The notes beneath the pieces are model-generated. The model was not told the DNA's origin. It did not search any database and saw only the letters and a list, made by a program, of their open reading frames with translations. A stretch of DNA of 60,825 bases, filler included, from Hausera hauseri (Eukaryota): NCBI GenBank assembly GCA_046269625.1. It is 11 parts of 11 records of this genome, joined end to end, with 100 filler letters (N's around TTAATTAATTAA, not from the genome) between each part and the next. Parts side by side here need not be neighbours in the genome. Positions count along the whole stretch, not along the records: positions 50,474 to 56,502 come from JBJURY010150866.1; positions 56,603 to 60,825 come from JBJURY010691327.1; 9 more parts are not named here. One strand, written 5' to 3'. Position numbers and translations under genes: made by a program. Below, piece after piece: positions 50,540-60,825 of the stretch. The stretch's first letter is position 1, and each line of letters begins with the position of its first letter.

Positions 50540-52490
50540 ATTAGATAAAATTTACCAGTTATGTTTCACAATTTGCGTGGTTATGACCTCCATCATATCT
50601 TAAAACACGCGTTGAGTAAATTCGGCATTTGCGAATTAAATGTTATTCCACTGAGGACTGAAAAATTTATGACAATGTTTGCAATGATAAGATGTTGGGG
50701 TAAAAAGTCTGTTACTATTATATTTCTAGAAACTCTTCAGTTTTTACCGGCTTCATTAAAGATTTTAGCCTCCAATTTAGATAGATACCCATTTACAGAA
50801 TCGGCTTTTCTTTCGGATATGATTAGGGGAAAAGGAATTTTTCCATACACTGCTGCCAAAAAATTCACTGATCTGCAGTCGATGTCCGAGTTACCAACTA
50901 AATGAGATAGTGTTAGCGATAGTGACCAAAAGGAAGCACAACTTACCTGGTCGAGATATAGTTACAACAGCCTTTTAGATTATATGTTGGTATACATGAA
51001 ACTCGATGTATACTTGTTAGGAGATGTTTTGAAAGGTTTAGATAAGAGGTTAAGATTCAGGATGGTTTAGAGGCGGTTAACTTCATTTCATTTCCTGGTT
51101 TATCTTGGGCGACAGCATTAAAATCAAGTCATTGTAAGATTGAACTCATTCAAGATCCTGAAATGTACAGCTTCTTTCAGTCAAGTATTCGCGGTGGTAT
51201 GACTTTTGTAAATAAGCATAGGGTTACCATTGATGAGAGCACTAGTCTCTTGTATATAGATGTAAATAATTTATATGGCTGGGCTTTACCACAACCTCTT
51301 CCATTTGCGAATTTTATATAGATATATGATGAGGAAAAATTAACTAACCTGATTGAACAATTGCGTTTTATTGACTGTGTTAGGGAAAAACGAGGTTTAG
51401 TTTTTGAACTCGACTTAAACATTCCGGCAGGCAAACATGGTAAATTGGACCACCTATCCTCCAGTTTCAATCAATCAATGTCCGTCTGGTTCAAAAGTAA
51501 AGAAATTGCTGCTGACGCATGAGCGTAAGTCCAACTATGTTGTTCATTATCGCCTCTTACAGTTGTACATCGAGTTGGGCGATGTAGTTGAAAAGGTACA
51601 TGGGGTTGTTGAGTTTGACCAGGGATATGTGTCTAAGGATTACATAGATATAAATACTGCGAAGAGGGCTGCAACAAATAATCCTTTTGAAAAAGACTTC
51701 TTCAAGCTTGAGAATAATAGCTTGTGTGGCAAACAGTTGAAAACCTGTTGAAAAGGTCAAATTTGAGACTGTGTAATAACTCTAAAAAGTTAGTTACATA
51801 AGCTAGTAAGGCCCAGTTTAAAGAGAGTATTATAATAGCCGATGATCTGGTTGCTGTTCTCCTCGATAAAGACATGGTCACCTTAGATAGACCATCATAC
51901 ATTGGTCAGGCCGTACTTGATCTTTCTAAGTTGCGGATGTATGAGCTGAATTACATCGAGTTGGAGACTTATAGGCACCAGTTTAATTGCGAGTTAAATA
52001 TTGTTGCAGGTGACACGGACAGCTTTTCCCTGAGTGCCGTGTAGTTGATCTGCGGTCCCAACTCTTACCAGCAATAATAGCTAATGAACAGTTGTACACT
52101 TTTAACTATGACCCTAAAGACCCTCTTTTTTCTACTAGTTTGGCGTCTGTTATAGGAAAATTTAAGGACGGGAGTAAGTGTTGCGTGGAATATCAAGAAG
52201 CGATTTTCTTAAGACCGAAATACTGTGCCCTTATAACCAAAAGCAAACCCGTCCTTAAATGCAAGAGCGTCAACCTGAAATAGACAGACGCACAATTCAT
52301 CAACTACATACAGGCATACAAAAATGAATGCGGGATAATTGTTGATCAAGAACGGATTGATACCAAAAACCATAAATTAGTGACGATTAGTACCAAAAAG
52401 AATGCGCTAGATCCGTTTGATGATAAGCGTCAATAGATAACAAAGAATAAAAGTGTTGCATATGGCCATTATTGTATTCAAACTGTAAAT
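50540..52490 (+). mobile_element. Polinton/adintovirus-like pPolB remnant, copy 3 (divergent family)
   Basis: FHNLRGYD, KGIFPY, SIRGG, YIDVNNLYGWA, EKDFFKL..NSLCGK, PSYIGQAVLDLSK, AGDTDS, IGKFKD, FLRPK, FDDKR, SVAYGHY. Confidence 0.9.
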
Positions 52491-53086
52491 ATTTTATTGT
52501 GTTGTATCTGTTATATTAATAACTATTTTACAATATGTCTTATGCTGTTTTGTTTGTTAGGCTTTTTAGTAGCTATATACCACAATTCAAACAAAAGCAA
52601 TTTACCAAAATTTAAACAAAAGAAATTTGGAGCGAAATTCAAAAATTTAAGTCCATCTACAAACAATGTAGTACACTTCATTATCATACACACAAACATG
52701 ACTGTGTCTCCTATCTCTACCATATTAATCGTGCATGTGTGTATCATTTTTTCCTACCCCATGACTCATCCGCGAATCACATCAATTTTTCCTTCGGAGG
52801 AGGTCGAGATAGGAAATTTATATTGGCCTCGTGCGATCACATCCCTCTACTTGCGTGGTATTATTTGGTTAGTTTCTATTGGTTGAATCTAAAAATAAAT
52901 CAATTTTTCTACCCTTCAGTTTTCATTGAACGTAATTGGGTGTGTATTACTTGACGTTCTTAATTAGAAACTGAAGTGTAGTTACTTATTTATCGCCACA
53001 CCTGATGAATTCTGTTGTAACTGAAACCGCAACTCATTAAAAAGTGATAAAATTGACAAGACAAAATATCAGACGAATCCACTCAC

Positions 53087-55013
53087 AATCAGCACTTTTC
53101 GAAGCCATTCGAACGGACAGAAGACAATCAATGTCGTCAATGCAAACATGATGGCGACATTGAATACAAATGCGTCTGAAAATACAAAAATCAATGAAGG
53201 GACGACAAATGATGATGAAAATTCATTACAATTTGTATAGAGAGGTGCACGAAATGGTGCACTTTTGGAGAAAACGACAGCGAGAATGATGTATTGGAAG
53301 GCGGAGACGGAGAAGATGGCCATGTTGACGTGTGTGTCGTGTAATACGTCATTGCCGAGAGATTTTGGTAGGAAATACCTGCAGATGAAAGAGATGATTG
53401 AGTAAGTGAGTAAGGGTGACAGACCATGGTTGTTTACTGACGTAGATGTACCCGACAATTTGGAACAATGTGTTGAGTAGCCATTGGAGAGTCAGGGATG
53501 AGATCATGGCGACAGTGAGTAATCTGACACTGGGTTTCTCCACGGATAATTGATAAGATGCGGCACTGTATCCATCTATGGATAATTTATGTTGTTAAAT
53601 ATACATGTGTGTAAGTAAGTGTGTGTGTCAATTACATGTGACGCCGAGTGTTGTGATGAGGAATAGATCCACATAGAGGAATTGTAGATCACCGATGTTG
53701 GCTGCGAACTGCAATTATTGGATATTAAATTGAACGATGATGATATTTGCGTGTCCATTTGTGATGTGGGATAATGGTTTATTTGACAGTTGAATTTCAT
53801 GGGGTGAATATATCCAATTAATTGAAATTATTAGAAAATTGATAAGATATAAGAAATAGAATAGAAAAGACAAGACAAAAGAAGCAGTAGAAAAAAACAA
53901 AGCAAAAGACGCAAGGGAAAAGAAGTAGAAGAAAAAAGACAAGACAAAAGAAGCAGAAGAAAAGAAACGAAAGAAATACCGAAGTACCACCAAACCATCA
54001 CCTATGGGCAGTAGAAAGGGATACAACCAATTTACCCAATAAAGGATAAGAACTGATATGAATTGTGTGAATGAGTAACCCGCCATAAATTTGAAAGTGC
54101 CGAAACTTGTCGTCAATGCACATCGACCCTCCTTGATGAGTTCTGGCACACAGGAAATGTTCTGTATTTTCGATGTAAATGGACTGGCTACACTAGCCTC
54201 TGCCTCACTTAGTGAAATACCCGCATGAGCCGCCTTCAATGCCCCACAATCATTGGCCCCATCACCACACATACACACATAGTATCCAACTGACTGCAGT
54301 GCTTCAATTAATTGAGTTTTCTGTTCTGGTGCAAATCTGGCAAATACTGATCCCTTGACAACGAGCTACACAACGACAACAACAATTGTGAATAACAACA
54401 GTCCATGATATTTAGTTAGTTACTTTAGGTATAAGTTGTGGGCAATGATCCCTTATTGTAGCCCATGTACGACCACTAATGGCTAGATGGAAATCAGGCA
54501 CATCTAGCATGCATATCTTTACATGGGATGGTTTCACCATGTCCCTAACAACAGTTGTTATGTAACTATGGTAACTGATGAGTTACCCCTCTACTGGATT
54601 CAATATCGATATCTCCTTCACAGCCCGTTGTAGATCCTCTGCATAATGGAATTCCACAACGGCACCATCAACTTTATCCTCATCTACTCTGGCATCTACT
54701 AGAATAACCTTATCCAACTCGCCGATAATATCGCAGTCCCTAGCAACAGACAATGCAGTTAGCATGTTGTCCCCAGTAACCATAACAGGACGAATCAATG
54801 CATCTTTCAATTCCTCTATCACAGACTCTGTTTCCGGTTTCAATCGATTCTCCATCACCAGAAATCCCAAAAATCGCAGATCAACTTCCACCTCGTGTCG
54901 AGGGATGCGCATAGCCTTCGAGTAACTGATTTTCAACGGTCGGTAAGCAAGTGCCAGCACTCGATAGCCGTGCCGCGTGAACTCCAGCAGAGTCGAGCTG
55001 AATTCCCTGGGTA
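53087..55013 (-). CDS. ATP13A3: P5B-type ATPase (ATP13A2/3-like), seven exons: 54587-55013, 54424-54544, 54036-54365, 53636-53708, 53425-53575, 53230-53378, 53087-53175; partial gene
   Basis: [77 protein letters not shown]; all six introns are GT-AG with consistent phases (five of 42-60 nt); exact paralog assignment uncertain. Confidence 0.9.
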
Positions 55014-55917
55014 CTGGAAATAGATATTCGGTAATATGGGAATAATGAACTAGTGCCATTTTGTCCGGCATTACTAACTACAGACGAATATTGATGAAAT
55101 ATGGTGTGAAAGTATGAAATAATTTTATGGTCACAAAATTCCTGACATTCGATTGTTATTAAAAATATTGGATAAAAAATTAAAAGAAGTTCCCATTGTC
55201 CAATGAAGTGGAGACAATGATTATGTTGCCTATAAGAGACCACATGGGAATTGCAGATGACTTGTTCGTATATTTGTGTAGGAGAATTGTAGGAGACCAG
55301 GTGGCAACAGAATATTCAACATAATCAATAAATCTATATGGGGATAAATGACACCTACACATATTTATTATTGGTGTGTAATCGATATAATTGGCCCATC
55401 CTTCATCATAGAAAACTGAGTGGCCTCTGAATTATAGTACACGAAATTACGCAATGTTAGAGACGACGAATGGAGTGATAATGTGATACAATTAATGATG
55501 TAAACATGAATATAGAGAAATAATATTGACAAGCAATAATTCAATTACATAGCCGCCACATTGTCCACCATGATCATGCGCGAATATTCGGTTGAATGAA
55601 TGAATTGCAAATGAGTAGAAAGTTAATTATGCGAATAAACAAACAAATTATTCGCAATGTTCACAATATTCGTGTGAATTGACTGACAACATCATGGTGA
55701 TTTGTGTATCGATATGACCGAAACATTTTGTCAATAAACCGATGAAATTCGTTTTAAGTATTTTATTTATGAGAATTTTTCATTGATTACAGAATGTCGT
55801 CATCATTGATTTTGTGGTGGTGTGTAGTACAGATCAATAATTGCTAATGAGGAACAGAACTCATTAGTCCAATAAAATGTCTAATATTCATAAAGAGGAG
55901 TTATTTGTTAACAAAAC

Positions 55918-55942
55918 CTGTGTGTGTGTGTGTGTGTGTGTG
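55918..55942. repeat. (TG)n microsatellite
   Basis: Directly visible. Confidence 0.9.
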
Positions 55943-56502
55943 AATTACTATGTAAACAAATTGTTGCACAATTTTATTATGATCGAGTCGAATCATTGAC
56001 AATACATGCCATGTATTTACTTGAATAATGATAATTAATCAATACATTTGATGAATTCAAATATGAAAATTATTTGTCCTCTTCATATTTTCGCATGGAT
56101 GAATAAGCAACTGTATGCCAGAATTGCCCATAATGCAAAAATATTCTGGAATTTCTGCATCAGTGAAAAAAATTACTTTACTATACAGATTATCTGTTTT
56201 ACTCCTCCTTCCCTCCCCCCCCCATGATAAAAATACTTTTATTTGGCAAGTAAATTATTACAGACAAGAAAAATTGATCCAAAATATTTGATGATATATG
56301 ATAACAGTTCATATCATCAGTATTAAGTAGAATTTGTCAATGTACCAAATATCTCACAGAGGTTACACACAATATATGCTGATGAACCAGAATGAGAAAA
56401 AAGTTAGATCAATAACATTACGAACACACACACAGACAGACAGAAAATGAATATGCACATCACAATGCACCAAATATGAGTCATTGATTTGTAATTATCA
56501 AC

Positions 56503-56602
56503 NNNNNNNNNNNNNNNNNNNNNNNNNNNNNNNNNNNNNNNNNNNNTTAATTAATTAANNNNNNNNNNNNNNNNNNNNNNNNNNNNNNNNNNNNNNNNNN
56601 NN
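56503..56602. other. Artificial contig linker
   Basis: Same N44-TTAATTAATTAA-N44 structure. Confidence 0.98.
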
Positions 56603-58273
56603 ATGCAGTCTAGGGGGCTACCATTTGCACAACGGAGCGTGATATCTGATTTCTCCAGCTGGACATCTATCAATCTTTCGAAAATCTTCCTACTCATCAC
56701 GTTCACCCGTGCCCCTGTGTCCAATAGGCAGTCTTACCATCTACCTTGTATCTTTATTTTTATATCTGGCCGTCCTTGTAGTTTATCGTACGCGACCAGG
56801 GAAAAAATCCCCTCTTCATAGAGGCTCTCGATTTGACTTTCTCTAATTCGTACTTCTTCGTTTCTGTATCCAAATGTTCCCTTCTTTATAAACCTCCGTA
56901 CCTTTTCCTATGTTCGTTTCTTCATTTCTTCAATGCCTTGTCCGTTCCTTTGAATATTTTGGGAGCCTTTGGAGTTGTTTAATGCAGTGCACCGACTAGT
57001 TCCACTTCTGTCGAGGCACCTCCTTTTGGGTATGTCGACTCTGTAATGGACTCTTTATAGTCTTCATCGATATTTGCAACGTATGCGTGCCTGCTGTTCA
57101 ACCCCTCTCCATATCGTTTCGCACCATATGCCGCCCTTTTGTAGTTGTCGGTATACTTATATTGTCCTCTTCTGTTCTTGTCCAATTTTGTCTAGCATTT
57201 TTCTTCCTGTGCCCTCTATTGTGACGTCTATTACATTTTATGTTTATGCAGTTTCGCATTATGTGTCCATGCTGACCACACCCATAGCATATTGCAGGTT
57301 TCCTTTCCGGGCAATTCATGTTAATGTGACCTTCTTTTCCGCAGCCAAAACATCTTGGTGCTTGCTGGAGGTTGCATGTCCTGCTTGTATGCCCGTCTTT
57401 CTGGCACGACCAGAATTTCATTATCCACTTTACCGGCGTATTGTGCTGTTGGAAATACCTTCTTTCCTGTTTTGGTTTATCAAACTTGTGCACCACCACA
57501 TCCCGATAACACCGTCGACCATCTTTATTGTATTCTCTGACTGCATTTATCTCTTCCGTCTTTGTAATCACTTCGTGAACTTTCTGTATTTTCGCTTTGA
57601 TTTGTTCTACGCATTTTTCGTCACTGCAGTAGATTTCTTTTCTCATCTCCGGATCATCACAACAGTAAATCATCAATTCCTCTGTTACAGTCTCTGCTGT
57701 AATTTTGTGGCTGAGGATTTCTTTCACCAGCTGCTCGATTTTATTGAAGTAGGGGGCCGGTTCTGCACCCTTTATTCTGTAATCCAAGGCCTTCCGCAGG
57801 TTTTGCAAAAGCTTTTCTCAAACCGTCTTGGTAACCTTTCACCTTCTGACTTACTAGATTGTATTTTTCCTGTTCTTTGTCCGCCAGCAGGTACAGGACC
57901 GCGGTTTCCCGATCCGACAACGACATCTTTATGAAGTCGAAGTATCTGTCGCATTTTCCAATAAAGGTTTCCACGTTGTCACCTTTAGAAATTCTTTTGG
58001 CATCAATTTCTTCTCGAAGAAGTCTCTTGAAGCGTGGTTCGCCATGTTAGTAGATCGCGTTTCTACCATCCCGACATCAACGTCATTCGATGATTGTAAG
58101 ATTGAATTATGCATAAAAATTTATTATAAAAGTTTGTATAACATTTATCTCCTTCACTCAATTATCCCCTTCTTTTTATCCTTTTTTGAATTTCCTGACT
58201 TTCTATTGGCTGTTTATTAATTTAACTTGGAATTAAATTTAAACATTAATATTCGCTTAAATTCCTCCTCACA
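56603..58273 (-). mobile_element. 5' part of a Ty3/Gypsy element: 5' LTR, gag with four CCHC-type knuckles, start of protease
   Basis: MVETRS start; ETFIGKCDRYF; FWSCQKDGHTSRTC, CFGCGKEGHINMNC, CYGCGQHGHIMRNC, CNRRHNRGH; protease CLLDTGARVNV near 56730. Confidence 0.88.
58095..58273 (-). repeat. Putative 5' LTR (179 bp)
   Basis: Minus strand reads TGTGAG...CTTACA with AATAAA about 25 nt before the end; lies just upstream of gag; second copy at 12277-12415. Confidence 0.7.
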
Positions 58274-58485
58274 ATGACGATAAAAATAAACCACTATATT
58301 TTATGAAATATGATTCAAAGAAATGCTTGATGACTAATTCATGTCAGAAGTTTGAAAATATTGATAATATAATCCGCGACAAGTTTCTTGATACCCTCTT
58401 TTATCTTTATACAAAGCATTATTTCTTAGTTGGGCAATAATTTTTCATGACTTTTACAATTAGCAAATTTTTCACATAATATAAT

Positions 58486-58893
58486 ATGACTCATGGCGAA
58501 AATGTACAAAAATTGCTTAAGACATATCGCTCCAAAGAAAAATCTTTAAAAGAAATTACAAAGTTCATGAAAATATTTCAATAGATGAAGTCAGAATAAA
58601 CAAAGGAGGGTCAACGAAAATTAAAATATATATATCATCGTGTAATAAATCATACACGGAAGTTACAGCAAGTAGCATTATTCATGAATTTGATCCCCCG
58701 GTGAAGAAATGAAACATAATTACTGGCTAAAAGGGTGATTATAAATATCAAGAGATCTCAGAAGGTATGACTTTCTAAGAAATATAAATTAAAAAGTTTG
58801 CATGTAATTTCAACGTGGCTGGTAAATAATCTAAACTGGAAACTAGTCTTTTCTGATAAAAAACCGTTTACTCTCGATGACCCCGATAATTGG
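58486..58893 (+). mobile_element. Tc1/Tc3-like transposase relic
   Basis: WKLVFSDKKPFTLDDPDNW at 58837-58893 resembles the Tc3 motif FSDEKKFNLDGPDG; upstream extent approximate. Confidence 0.55.
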
Positions 58894-59143
58894 TGATTGA
58901 ATGTTCATGTTGTATGATGATTACTCGTGGGTAGGGAGAAAGTGTATGTTTGCCCTCACCTATCCCCGGGGGGTAATCGAGAAAATCAATATTGCACATG
59001 GAAAATTATCGATCGGTAACGGTGCCGTTAAATAAATAATACATTTCACAAATCGACCGCTGCACATTACACAATTAATCGAATCGATCGGGGCAAAGTG
59101 CTAATATATAGTGCATATTAATGAACATCGATTGGTGCACAGT

Positions 59144-59670
59144 ACATGTTCAAGTGTGCAAAAATCAATAATATAGGATTTCAGATAATTGCAATATTGA
59201 TGATTAGCACCCGGCCCCGGGTGCAGTCAAGTGCACATACGATGCACTATGTGAATGTGCAATTAGAATGCTAATTGAGGTCTAACATACATAGGCCTTT
59301 CCGGTATAAAATAAAAATCCATAAAATCGATATTGGGCATGTACTGGTCGGTAGTGCACCCGGTGCACTACCTATCGGGAAATGATTATGGCGGAGGAGC
59401 CCTTGGGTACTGCTGCCATGATACTTTTACACTTCACATTTTTGTAGTCGTACGACCTAGGATTGATCAAATCTATCGGAATCAAGTGCAGGTGGATAGG
59501 GCATGTCGAGATGCATCTTGATGTGTACTGTGCAGGTGCATTGCACATGTGCAAGTGTGCAAAAATCAATAATATCGGTTTCCCGTTTTCTCCTATATTG
59601 ATGATTAGCACATGTGACCGGGTGTGTTCGAACGCAAATACGATGCACTATGCGAATGTGTAACTAGAAT
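59144..59670. repeat. Diverged direct repeat (about 125 bp blocks, 401 bp apart), rich in TGCA/GTGCAC palindromes
   Basis: CAAGTGTGCAAAAATCAATAATAT...ATATTGATGATTAGCAC...ATACGATGCACTATG.GAATGTG at 59151 and 59552. Confidence 0.8.
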
Positions 59671-60825
59671 TTAAATCTATCGATTGATTTTCGAATAATA
59701 TCGACCCAAAGTGCAACTGGAGCAGAATACCCATAGGCTTTATTTGCCATAAGGAAACAAAATTCGATATTACATTTAGCGGGGACAGATAGGAAACCAA
59801 GTATGGAGATTTCGAATATCGAGTTGAATATTCGAAATTCGAACATTTTTGGCTCGAATATCTAATATCGAACTTTCGAAAAATCTGGCAACGGCATTCG
59901 ATTCTTCATGTCCGAAAGCCCCTTGACGCATTAAAGTTATATCATGGAAATCTGCTATATAGATATAAAATCAATAATTCGAATTAAGCAAAATGTGCAT
60001 TTCAAGCTCAACAAAGCGGAAATCAATAAATCTTTAAGCGTGGTTGGATAGGAAGCCATATATGGCGAATCGGAATATGGTATTATATATTCGATTTGGA
60101 GCTTCCAAGTTGAATATTTACCCTTTCGAACTCGAAAACTCGGTCAAGTATGCATTATTCAAAGAATCTGATGTCATTCGATTCCCCATGCTCGAAAACC
60201 TATAAGCAAATCGAAATTGGCGCCGACGTGCATTTAATTTATTTGATGCATTAAAACAAAGTATTCTTGAATGTTCAAGAAATAAACGAAAATCAATTAA
60301 TTCAATATTTAAAAAATCTATAAACGAGGCAGTGTGCGTTGATATGGTTATATATTTAATTATTTCAGAAATCAATTCAAGAATGGTGAGTTTTTATTTG
60401 TGCTCGTCAAATAAATGGTTGATTTTAGATTTGGAAACTACAAACAGTGCTTGGCTCAAATCCATGAGCCTGAAATTGTCATAATATTATGAAGAAATAT
60501 TTTAGTCATCTTTACAACAGGACTAAGTATTATATATATCCTACATGTGAGGTAGTGTGCTAAACCAATTATGAGGACTTTTACAATTTCCATAAGCATC
60601 ATCTGATTTCATTCACAAAGTCGAAAAAACAGATATACAATATGAATATGCCAATAATGACTTTTACGCCTAAGCAAAATCAAGGATGCAGTTCAAACGT
60701 GCAGTTCTACTCTCAGAACTATCATAATATCATGAGGAGATACTATGGATAATACAAATGCAAGGGAGTACTGTATTATATTTGCCCAGGATGTGAGAAT
60801 GTGTGATGGAGCATACATGCAGTTT

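Noticed and set aside
53002-53026. Hammerhead ribozyme core CTGATGA...GAAA
   Set aside because: Stem II does not pair, and no stem I/III with an NUH cleavage site can be formed
53715-54035. Hydrophobic C-terminal extension of ORF 53715-54278
   Set aside because: Read-through into a low-complexity intron after the TGG|GTAAAT donor
57074-57934. 286-aa + strand ORF
   Set aside because: Antisense shadow of the gag ORF

Overview
This window is eukaryotic and AT-rich, and it is not one locus. It is 11 contigs of about 4-8 kb joined by an artificial 100-bp linker (44 N + TTAATTAATTAA + 44 N), so adjacency across linkers has no biological meaning. The 42-60 nt GT-AG introns, CsRn1-clade Gypsy elements and protein style suggest an invertebrate, plausibly a flatworm (inference only). 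Host genes: 3' exons of a KDM5/lid histone demethylase and seven exons of a P5B-type (ATP13A-like) ATPase. The rest is mostly decayed mobile DNA: five Ty3/Gypsy fragments, one BEL/Pao element, three Polinton/adintovirus-type pPolB remnants, Tc1/mariner and hAT relics, a 6-kb (AACG)n satellite and a minisatellite. Most interesting observations: (1) a BEL/Pao Gag with tandem CCCH (TIS11/ZFP36-type) zinc fingers where the usual CCHC knuckles should be, which the ORF track misses; (2) a Gypsy element with, downstream of integrase, a signal peptide + duplicated FN3-like domain + transmembrane ORF and a possible SGNH-like ORF; (3) a 42-nt non-coding motif 41/42 identical downstream of two otherwise diverged pPolB genes; (4) two CsRn1-like elements sharing a double CHCC Gag, a conserved -1 frameshift site and a structured long leader with orphan ORFs. 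All calls come from reading motifs by eye; no database search was run.
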